From the NCBI GenBank assembly GCA_043228905.1, contig JBHGNT010000016.1, forward strand, positions 19,034,001-19,098,000: a stretch of DNA of 64,000 nt, in the 5' to 3' direction. The stretch is from Azolla caroliniana. Its lineage: Eukaryota; Plantae; Polypodiophyta. Below are positions 53,700-64,000 of the stretch, in pieces. The notes under the pieces were generated by a model. It was given only the letters and a program-made list of their open reading frames with translations. It searched no databases and had not been told where the DNA came from. Position numbers and translations under genes: made by a program. Position 1 is the stretch's first letter; the number at the start of each line of letters is the position of its first letter.

Positions 53700-54340
53700 A
53701 AAAACCTTCGAGAACAGAACAAAACAAACACGTTGAACAAAAACATAGCATATAAATATAGGCACATACTATTACTAAATTAGGCACAAGTTTACCACAA
53801 TACAAACATGTATATGAACATAACATAATAGACACATAGAACAAAAAAACAGAGCAAATACATAGCATCATACGAGTACTAAATCAGGCACAAGTTTACC
53901 ATAATACAAGCATGTACAAGAACATAACATAACAAACATGCTAAAGACAAAACAGAGCATATACATAGCACCATACTAGTACTAAATCAGGCACAAGATT
54001 ACCACAATACATGCATGTACAAGTCTAACATAACTTAATAGATACACTAAAGAAAAAATAGAGCATATACATAGCACCATATCAATACTAAATCGGAAAA
54101 GGATTACCATAATACAGATGTGTACAACAACATAAGCTAACATATACGTTCAAGAAGAAAACAAAGCATCGGAAAAGCATCATACCAACACAAAATCATG
54201 CACAAGATATCCACAATGCAGACATGTATCAGAACATATAACATAATATACATGTTTAAGAAAGAAAACAAGCATATACATAGCCTTATACCACAAGATT
54301 ACCACAATACTAACAGAGCATATACATAACATATATTGTT
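53700..54340. repeat. Degenerate tandem array, ~103-106 bp unit, ~6 copies
   Basis: The recurring unit AGAGCATATACATAGCACCATAC..GTACTAAATCAGGCACAAG.TTACCACAATAC..CATGTAC places TACTAAAT at ~53774, 53877, 53980 and 54086. Confidence 0.85.
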
Positions 54341-54861
54341 TTTTTCTTGTTGATCTTGTAGAATATAACATAACTACATCTTCAAGAAAAAAACAAAACA
54401 TCAAGTTATTGGACAAAACATCAACAAACAAACAAAACTCTTATCCCAAAGTTGAAGCTTTGCAAAATACTAAAAGTAGAGCAGCAAGTTCTTGGACAAT
54501 AGTTTGTTGCAAAGCATGCAATAGAGCCTACAATGGAGGTTGTTGCAGAGGAGCACACCGTGACGTCATTGTAGAGGTTGTTGGAGAGGTCGTTGATCCA
54601 CTTAGAGGTTGCGACAAGACACAAGAAGTAGAGAACGTGGTTTGTGAATAGGAGAATTGTTACAGACCAGGACATTGCAAAGGGGAAGGGTTTGAAGCGT
54701 CGTCAAAATGAGAACACATATGTATGTCTTACTTGCATAAGGTGGGAGAAGCAGAGAGAGAGAGCATTAATCTATTGTATCATTGCTCCATTGAGTCTCT
54801 TGGATGGCTATCATCTAAGGTTAAAGAAGAATGGAATATACACAAATCTAATCATGGGTGG

Positions 54862-55219
54862 TGTCGAATCCCGTTCATAATGGACATATTCACATTGTCC
54901 CATTGGACAAACTAGATTTAGGGCATATTTGTAAATATTGGGAAGGGCAGGTGCCCTAGGTTAGTATTTAAACTGACCTTTGTAACCTAGTTATGTGGTG
55001 GTCGCCATTTTGAATAATATTGTTTGTATTTTTGTGCCTCTTTGTCTTTCCTCTCACTCTCTATCTTTGATCTTGATTCATTCTTGAATTGTCTTGTTAC
55101 TCTCTGCTTCCAATCAGTTCATGTGATTCTGCCATCATCAACTTGGAGCTCTTCAACACCTACATGCAGTTTCTGATTTTGTACTAACGGCCTTCATTTC
55201 CAACATCTGATATCAAAGC
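54862..55219 (+). mobile_element. Putative 5' LTR + degenerate tRNA-iMet PBS
   Basis: It runs TGTCGAA...TTCCAACA (ending 55205), followed by tc-TGATATCAAAGC, with an internal TATTTAAA. No coding remnant was recognised downstream. Confidence 0.55.
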
Positions 55220-55868
55220 AAAGGTTCTTCAATCCGATGTTGACCGTCATCTATCTTCAATGACATCCTTGGTCTCAAATTCTTGAAAACTCCAAGTCGA
55301 TTCAAGTCCAGGAACAGACTCTAGATTTTAGTCGGATTGAAATCTTCTGGACGACAACTTCCACAAGATCACAATATGTGAGAAGAAACACTTGAAAATT
55401 TGCACCCCATTGAGCTAGATCACCCTTGAAGTAGGCCAACTGGTTGTACTTTGTCTTCGTGATTGTTGCCCCTCAGAGTGAGATTTTTCATCGAAACAGT
55501 CTAAATTGTGCTTCATCAGGTTAGACGGCAATCAAATAGGTCATCTGACGTTGTTTACTCGCTCCTTGTAAACACTCAAAGTAGATCAGGCCTAAAGCAC
55601 CACCCGATCCGTGCTTCATTCGGCTACACAACATTCAGGAAGATTCGTCGGCTCCATCCCTCTAATTATCGTAGTTACTCGAAGCAGGATCAACCTAGAA
55701 AATCGGCACAATCGGCCTATAATTTGTGATCGGATTTTGCAATCGGCTCTGTTGAGAATCGACCCGGCCATAACCGGTTGATATTTGTGCTTTTGTATGC
55801 GGGTACAAAGATCAAGAGAACAGTACACAGACAAATAGAAATACAAAGACATGATATTTTAACGTAGA

Positions 55869-57562
55869 GCCCATCTAAAAATAGTCTGAAAGGAACGATC
55901 ATAACTTTTTCGTTTAAAACCCAAAATTTATGTTCAAATATGGGTTGGAAAGCTCGTGAAGAGAGCTATATTTAAAATTTTATATCTCTAAATTTGGAGC
56001 TTTGGTGACGGAGATATGATGATGAGAAGGTCACAATGTCATAGCTAAAAATAGGAGATGAAAAACTTCTAAAAAAGCGTGACAAAGAGAGGAAGGAGGA
56101 AGAGTAAGAAGAGAAGAAGTGAGAAGGGGAGAGAAGAAGAAAGTGATAATACCTTTGTAATAAGGGGAGGAGAGTAAAGTTGTGTGGAGAGGTTCTTGGT
56201 CTTTTCTTTTTGTGGGTGTTTTCTTTCCCGTTCATGTAGTGTGGTTGAGGTGTTATCTTCTTGATTTATATATCTTCTTCTTTCTCTCTTCCTTCCATCA
56301 TGATCATCTATTATCAATAGATCTTTGGAGTTAGGATTTATATATCTTCTTCTATCTCTCTTCCTTCCATCACGATCATCTATTATCAATAGATCTTTGG
56401 AGTTAGGATTTATATATCTTCTTCTATCTCTCTTCCTTCCATCACGATCATCTGTTATCAATAGATCTTTGTAGATTTGGATTTATATATCTTCTTATTT
56501 TAAATCCAAATCCAAAGATCTATTGATAATAGATGATCGTGATGGAAGAAAGAGAGAAAGAAGATATATAAATCCAAATCTACAAAGATATATTGATAAC
56601 ACCTCAACCACACTACATGAATGGGAAAGAAAACACCCACAAAAAAACCAAGACCCTCTCCACACAACCGTACTCTCCTTCCCTTATTACAAAGGTATCC
56701 CTTCCTTCTTCTTCCCTCCCCTCTCATTTCTTATTGATCAGAAACTTAATAACACTTAATCACTTATGTGAGATAGAAATGATGTTGTGCAAGGTTATTA
56801 AAAGAAAACAAGAAAGATACACAACAAACATTATGCACAATACACACATTTTTAACGTGGAAAACCCTCAACGAGGTAAAAACCACGGGACCTAGTCTAG
56901 AAATAATCCACTATCAATGCAAATCTTATACACCAACTCTAAACAAGTTAGACCACTAAGAGAAAGAAGGGAATATGAGATTTCCTCAACAACTAAACCC
57001 AACAAAAAGACACCAAAACTCACAGCATGTGGCTGATGACGAAGGTAATGATGTTTGGATGTTGAAGTTTATTAGTGCAGTCGAGAGCGCTAAAGGAATG
57101 GGCCAAGAAAGAGAGTATGAGCTCTCTAAAATCCGTTTTTTCCTCTGCTGCAAAAAAATGCCTGTTTCCCCCCTTTTTAACTCACTCTCAAAAAGTGAGT
57201 ATAGATATGTAACGCCATCTTGTGTGACCCCTTTTCACACTATATTTAAAAAATACAAGTTTTACACATCCAAGGCCCATTTACACTCTAAGAAATGTGG
57301 ACAGAAAACCTAACACTTCTTTTCTTATTCTTCCGCCTTCCTCTCTTTTTCACTCATTTTTAGAAGTTTTTCATCTCCTATTTGTAGTTATGACACAACG
57401 ACCTTCTAATTGTCATATCTCCCTTTAGAGCTCCAAATTTAGAGACACAAAAAAATTCTAAAGATAGCTCTCTTCACAAGCTTTCCAACCATATTTGAAC
57501 ATAAAATTTGGGTTTCAAACAAAAGAGTTATGACCGTTCCTTTCAAACTGTTTTTAGGTGGC
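55869..57562. mobile_element. Foldback (long inverted-repeat) element with central 72-bp tandem repeats, interrupted by a solo LTR
   Basis: 55869-56120 is the inverted complement of 57316-57562, and ~56115-56340 of 56500-56731. The 72-bp unit starts at 56263, 56335, 56407 and 56480. The symmetry axis is at ~56498. Confidence 0.85.
56732..57315 (-). mobile_element. Solo LTR (copia-type) inserted in the right arm of the foldback element
   Basis: It runs TATTGA (TG>TA)...CCTAACA with TSD TTTCT/CTTCT; the left arm predicts CTTCT. It contains the reverse complement of the copia U5-type motif CCCGTGGTTTTTACC..GAGGGTTTTCCACGTTAAA. Confidence 0.78.
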
Positions 57563-57968
57563 CTGCTTTTTATCCTTTTACTTTTCTCCAAGTCTCCTGC
57601 TTTTAGTTTGACTTCTCCTTAAGATCTTGGTTCGTGTTCTTGCCCTCCAAATATGAATGCTCCATACCTTATATTCTAGTGTTCAATAGCTAAGTTGATT
57701 TCTAAAAACACTTTCACACTTATCTGGTGGTTAATGTTTGTTGCCACTATTGTAATCACTTGTCTACTCAAACCTTTTAAACCTTATTTTATGAATGGAA
57801 TTTCTTTCTTAATCTAGCGGTTTCAGCCAACAAAGAGGTCCCTTTTGGTCTTAATATTATGCAATCCCTTTGTAATCCTGTGTTCTTTGTGTTAATCACG
57901 TGCTTTGATCCTTAATCATTGATCTACTACAAGAGAGTCAGAGGAGAAGGAGACCGACACGTCGCTCT

Positions 57969-58221
57969 CTTCGACTCTAGGAGCTTTCAACTCCCACGAG
58001 CCTTTGACTTCTATTAGCTTTTGACTCTCAAGAGCCTTCGAGTCTGGTGACCTTTCTACTCCTAGGAGCCTTTGAGTTCCACAAACCTTCATCTCCTAGA
58101 AGCTTTCGATTCTCATGAGCCTTCGAGTTTCGCAACCCTTCAACTCTTAAGAGCTTTCGACTCTCAGGAGCCTTCGAGTCCCCCGAGCTTTTGACTCCCA
58201 TGACTTTTTGACTCTCGAGAA
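57969..58221. repeat. 17-bp degenerate minisatellite, ~15 copies (consensus ~CTTCGACTCYCANGAGC)
   Basis: Consecutive units such as TTTCAACTCCCACGAGC, TTTTGACTCTCAAGAGC, TTTCGACTCTCAGGAGC and CTTCGAGTCCCCCGAGC. Confidence 0.85.
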
Positions 58222-61200
58222 CCCTTGATCCCCCTAATGTCTCTGTGCCCTCCTACTCCTTGTGTCCTCCCTAGTCCAAGACCCTTGAGGTCCCACTTGA
58301 GTAGCACATGCACGCGCGTTTACGTGACAATGATTTTATTGAGCTTTGTTTACCATGACACGTATCTAATCCTCATATAGGGTATATAGAGACAATGATT
58401 AAAAGCTATTCATGATGGCATAGATTTGATGTGGCTTGCATGAAAGAAATTTTCACCTTCTAGACTCGAACCGCTGACTTTTAGTACACACAGTACATTG
58501 TGTTGTGTTAACCATATGGAAACTTTTGTGAACTATCCACATTCGATTGTGAACTTGTATATATTGTAGAGTCTAGTGTATAGTACATTCGAGAATATTC
58601 TAGTCGTTATTATATTCTATAATTATTCTGTGGTATATTCTCGAGATATTTCTCAAGTATATTCTAGAGATATTCAATCTCGGAAATTGTATAAATACTT
58701 GTAACATTCTTGGTCCCTTTCAAGGGATTCAACACCAGTCATTGACACATCAATCTAGTATTCTCGTTTCGCCTCATCTTTGTCTCCTTGATCTTTATTT
58801 CTGTCTTCATGCCCTCATGTCGCTCACAACATTTAGAGTTCCTAGCCTCGTCACATCTAGCTCCAAGTTCATTCGTCGCTCGTAGCCCCAACATCTGTGC
58901 TACGTCCTAGTCCGCGCTTGGTGTGTCTCCGTGACAGAAGTAAACCATTTTTTGTTGATGTGATAATCTTGTTCATATAAAATTGAATACTCATTCTCAA
59001 ACAAACCATTGCACCCCTTGTGTATTGCATATATTTTTGTGCAACCACACTAAATCTCTCATTGCAACTAATCCATGTTGAAAGTGCACATATATCAAGC
59101 CCACAAAGCAAATTATCACTAGTTCCATGGCATCTACTTGTAGGTACAATACTTGTTAATAACATGAGACCAATAACAACCATTCTCTCCAATGCACATG
59201 GATATTAATTTCGTAATAACATGTGACAAAGCCATTGCATGTAAAGAAATATAGGAGGACAGACAAGGAATTGACTAGAATACAAAAAACGTTTCAGAAC
59301 ATTCTCGGAAGATACATTCCTTGAATTCCAAGAACGCTCCTAATTTCCCTAAACTTCTATCAATAATCTTCTCTCTCCCTCTCCCTCTCTATGATCATTT
59401 TTCTTCCTTTCTATTTGGTCACAGATAAGAGACATGTCCATCGAAGCCGAGATGGCCTTATGAGACCGAACAATGCTTTTCCTCTCTATTTCTATCATAG
59501 ATAAGAAACATCTTGATAGAGCTCGAGATGGCCTTACGAGACCGAACACTACTCTTCCTCTTGATTTTGGTGTCAAGCTAGAGACATATTCTAAGAGCCC
59601 GAGACAACCTTGTGAGATTGAACGATTGCATCTTAAGATGCTAGTACGGGTTCGACTTTGAGAACAACTAATCGAAGAGACATGTATAAGTAGATCGATG
59701 GTACCAGAGTAATGCCGTAAGCTAAAGCTCGGAAGGATACACAGAAGAAGATTCGATTCGAGAGAACGCCGAGGGCTCACGTTTGTCTGGCGAATCTCGC
59801 GAGGTTCTCTCGGGGACAATCAATTTGCTTTTTGCGTTTTGCTTTTTGCTTTTCTTTGCTCCGCGTGGATTGGGCGATTAGGACACGTGATCGCTTTGTT
59901 GAATGGAAATATGCAATCCCTGCAAAGTCTTCTCCATTCGACTCTCTTCTTCTTCAGGCGTCGGATATCTGTAAGCTCTCTTTTTTTTTTTCCCGTTTGT
60001 TGTTGATCTTCTTCACATTTGCTTTCTTTGATTCAGAGACGATTCCATTGTTTCTTGTATACTGATATTTCTCGAGCTCCACCTAAGAGTAATGGAGTAT
60101 AATGAAGGTGGATCAGATATTCTTGAATGATGTAGTTAACCCAAACAACTAAGAAAGACATATATCTATCTGAATGCTGGATAACTGTCAGAAATTTGTA
60201 GGAGAGCATGCTTAGTGCTTTTGATTTGAGGTATTGTCTCCATTTCTGTGTAAGAATCTGCTGTATATGCTACAACAGTATGCATGAAAGAAGGTGTAGC
60301 ATCGATAAGCTGATAAAACCTCTATTTTTAATCATGCATTGAAAGATCTATGAGCCACATATTCAAGAACTATAGAACTCTTGAGGTTCAAGTATCGAGC
60401 GTGTGCTCTTGAAGCTAAAAAGAAGACCATGTCACCTGCACAGATGTTTCCAACCGAGACATTGAGATATTTCTTATACCCAAAAGTCTAAGTTCAAGAA
60501 CTTGCCTGGGATAGAAAGAGAAAGATAGGGCCTCTTCACACTAAACACTATGTTCCGGACGAAAGAGGTGCTTGACCACTCACATGCTTGATACAAGAAG
60601 CTATCTTATTAATTTGCAAAGTGTGCAGTTCACCCAGTGGTTGAGTGGTGGACCTTGAAGATTCCCTAATGATTTAAGGATGCCCTCTACCAAAGGGGGT
60701 CAACCATTAGCCAAAGTATCGTGAGCCAGCCTTGTCAATCATTTGTCCAATTGTGATGGAGTTCGGGTGATGAGGGTCACATACGTCTATCGGATGTGCT
60801 TGTAAGTTGGACACCTACACACTAAATGTTCCTCACTTTCAATCTCTCCATCACATAATTTGCAAAATCTTCTGGCTCTATGTATGTAAGTGTTCATGCT
60901 TATTTGATCTCTATTTGGTGGCAGGAAATCTGTCTTGGCCTATTGCTTCGTGAGCACTATGTAACATGCACCTCATTCTCTGATGAATTCACCATTTGAG
61001 AAGTTCATAAAATGATCTCTATTGTAGGACATCTTTGGGGGAAGGGGTTCTGGTGGTGCGATCCAAGACTTTTGGGTACAGTGCTGCCTAGATCTTAATG
61101 TAGCACCTTGTCCTATAATTGCTCGGCATCATGGGGTTTCCATTCTTGAAGATTGGCACAGTCATATATTTGGTCCAGCTAGTATGAAGAAAGAAAGATA

Positions 61201-63124
61201 TATTAACGCCTTTTAAGGGGCCAGGATGGCCACACAAGAGATTACATCTTAAAATGTTGTCTCATCTTTGAGAACAACAAACCAAAATAATTGTAGCCAA
61301 GTAAAAAAGTAAATAAAATAGAACAAGACGTGACTAAAGAATCTTATTATCTATACATGTAAGATTCTCAAGTAAGATATATTTAATTTTGTCTTCAAAA
61401 TATCTCTAGCATATGTCAATCTAGAATGGAAAGGTCTTTGAAACATTCACTTATATAACTCTCTTAAAGATGTGTGCTAGAAATGGGAACAAGGTGTCAT
61501 GGGCACAGATAAAGTGGTCACCTACCAATCCATCATGATCTTAGGCCTTTCCAAATTGTAATGGATTAATGGTGTTTCTAACATTTTACGGAGTAGAACT
61601 GGGAGATTCACGTGGGTGTGAGATGTGTGTGGGGGTGAGGGCTGCCCAGTGATATCGTATAGTACCTCTACAGATTCACATCACACCTGAGGTGATGTCA
61701 ATTATGTGGTAGGTTGCATCTTGTTAAGCATTGCCCGTGCTATTGTAGTTCATGTTCCTTGAGTGTCATGATCCTTTTCTGTGTTCTATTGTTGCCATGT
61801 TATTTGTTGCTACAAATACCTTATGAATAATTTTTTGAGTTGGCATGGTTGGGATCGGTCAATGAGGATTAATGTCTGGAATAACGCTTCTACAATCATA
61901 AAGAATGCAGCCAATACAGCTTGGATGATCTCTTGTGGAATGAAGGTTGCTGAGTGTGATCTGTGACAGCATCATAACTAGTGGATGCTCTTTGTTTCCA
62001 CGTGTTTGTGGGGGGAGGCTTGGGCCCATATGGGTGCACTGCACATGAGGCTCCTGGAAGTGTCCCTAGTGGCATTGTCATTCTAGTATGGTCAGAGCTG
62101 CATAGCCTGAGTGAATTGATCCTTGGAGGTGTAGTCATTGAGAACCGTTCATTTATGACTCCTTGATACAAATAGTATCCACTACTTTGACTTTCCCTCC
62201 TGATAAGCTGAATACAGCTTGCTGGTGAACCTCTGTGAGCATGTGCAAGCTCATGGCTGTAGTCTTTGCTAGGTTTATTAGGAGCCCTTTTTGGCAGCAA
62301 ATCCATCTAGGGCATTTAAATGAGGTTGTAGACTCTCAGAAGATTCAGAAACCACAATTAGTCATTAGCGTAAAGTAGAATAGAAACCAGCTGGAAGCCA
62401 TATCTGCTGACTAACACATGCATTGACCAAACTATGCCTCTGATCTCTGCGCCATTCTTTCCAGATTCGGCAGCCAGAAAAATATCTAGTGCTCACAACC
62501 AAGTATCCTCTATAAAAACCGCTGGTGTCCCATTTTAGGCACTTTACCAATGATCTAATGTTGTGCTTGTGGAAATCACCGCTTAAGAGAACACATGATA
62601 AGGTTTTTGTTTAAAATCCTGCAAAAATGGATTTGTTTAAAAGCTTCTATTAGCATGGAGCTCTTGCACCACATGTGTAGTACAGGTTGCTGCTACCTCT
62701 GAGCCAGCTTCATTGCTAGCTCTGTTACTAGCTCTCAGAAATCTCTTGGCATGTTGTTAATGGCTTCATGATAGCAACAAACAACATGCTTGAACTAGAT
62801 TGAGCTAAAAAGGAATCTCTGAGATTAGGTTTAAGGTTTCTGCCATATAAAGTTACTCAGCATTCACGTAGGATGTCATGAAAAATGTTGTAATCTGGCA
62901 TTATGAATGCCTGGGAATGCATTTCATTGATATATTAGAACAAGAAATAGTCTTACCAAGTGGGAAGCTTAAAGTGCTGTTCCTTTCCATTGTGTGCTTG
63001 AATTTTCCTTTCATTTCCCATCATTGAATGGGATTCTAGAAGAGAAACTTCACAAGTGGGTGACGTAAGTGTTTTTTATTTCTATTTGGCTATGTTATTT
63101 TTGTTACAGAGACTTAAAGAAGCA

Positions 63125-64000
63125 ATGGAAGAGTTGCAATCAGTTCATTTGTATGCAGCTGGTGCATTATTTGCTTTAGCACTTCACCAAGCTCAAATTC
63201 AGCAATTTTCTTTGGTCTATCATCCAGCGGAAATTCTGATAGAAACAGATTCTGAGGATACAAATTATGCAGCGGAGATGGACCATTTGTGGGTAAGCCA
63301 GAAGTTAGGGCTACTTCGTCCAATTTTCAGGTTCCGCACTTTCCTCCACTCACACTATTTAATAATAATATTTGGATTTAGGAAAGCCTAGATCTCTAAT
63401 TCTAGAATCTAAGGATAAAGTTTTGAGTACAAGAAGTCTACACTGTTTGCTGTATTTATGGGTGATCCTATTCAGGTATCTGGGTATTGATAAAAAAGCA
63501 TGGAGTGGTTTGGAACAGACTGCATTATCTACATGTCATTCAAAGTCTCACATCGCTGCAGTATGCATCTTATCAACCATGAAGATTTCCTAATACATGT
63601 TTCCATATGATGACTTTGTAACTGCTCTTTTTCTGTAGTTTCTGAGCATTTTCTCTGATCTGGATGATGGTGCCTCTGCAACCAATAAAATTGAGGCGAA
63701 TTTGGTTGAATCTGTACATATGGATTCCCGTAATTATGAAGTAGCATCAAGTCCTTCAGATAGAACTCAATGTATATCAAATTCTCAGCAGGCATGTGCA
63801 TCAAAATCTCTTCTAGATAATGAAGAGATCAAAGCCAAATGTTCACTAGAAAAATATGCTGAAGATTCAGCGTTGAGAAATACTTCCTCCTACCACAGTA
63901 AAATCTGTCATATTCCTGCAACTGGAAATAACCTTAAAATCAGTGAAGATCCCAGAACTGTTGGAATCGGAGATAATGATACCTCAGAGAAGACATGTGA
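63125..64000 (+). CDS. DUF726/TMCO4-like transmembrane and coiled-coil protein, 5' part (continues beyond the window)
   Basis: Exons 63125-63330, 63476-63560 and 63639->64000 (frame open to the window end). Motifs YAAGALFALALHQAQI.Q, LWV....GLLRPIFR|YLGID..AWSGLEQTA and HIAAFL match the N-terminus of plant DUF726 proteins. A probable 5'UTR intron spans 59971-63109. Confidence 0.85.

Noticed and set aside
57969-58221. CRISPR-like repeat array
   Set aside because: The units are contiguous 17-mers without unique spacers, there are no cas genes, and the context is eukaryotic.
58445-58525. Minus-strand B box (GGTTCGAGTC) suggesting a SINE or tRNA
   Set aside because: The A box is unconvincing, and no tail or TSD was found.
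58501-58831. Solo LTR (TGTTGTG...CACAACA with TATAAATA)
   Set aside because: The terminal inverted repeat is good, but there is no TSD (CATTG vs TTTAG) and no recognisable PBS or PPT, so it is left uncalled.

Overview
This is eukaryotic land-plant nuclear DNA, most likely a fern (inferred from the PPR motif style, the TE families and the long TE-filled introns). I reconstructed seven host genes by hand: an 11-exon 2OG-Fe(II) dioxygenase (-), a 3-exon glutaredoxin-like protein (+), an 8-exon At3g13410-like (V-ATPase Ac45/VOA1-like) membrane protein (-), an intronless PLS-E PPR protein (-) head-to-head with an intronless organellar-type RRM protein (+), a 6-exon NAT9-like GNAT (-), and the 5' part of a DUF726/TMCO4-like gene (+). 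The rest is mostly nested, degenerate TEs: a near full-length L1-type LINE, a short-LTR Ty3/gypsy element with a nested solo LTR, Copia remnants, solo LTRs, hAT-type MITEs and a ~1.1 kb foldback element, plus mini- and microsatellites. The most interesting observations are: (1) the divergent PPR/RRM pair, where the PPR has an in-frame early TGA and a non-canonical E tail; (2) a hAT-type element carrying a tandem array of tRNA-like Pol III A/B-box units; (3) a foldback element whose arms share a 23-bp dyad site with an unrelated LTR region; (4) a template-switch duplication/inversion inside the LINE. No bona fide tRNA, rRNA or CRISPR array was found. All calls come from reading the sequence; no database searches were run.
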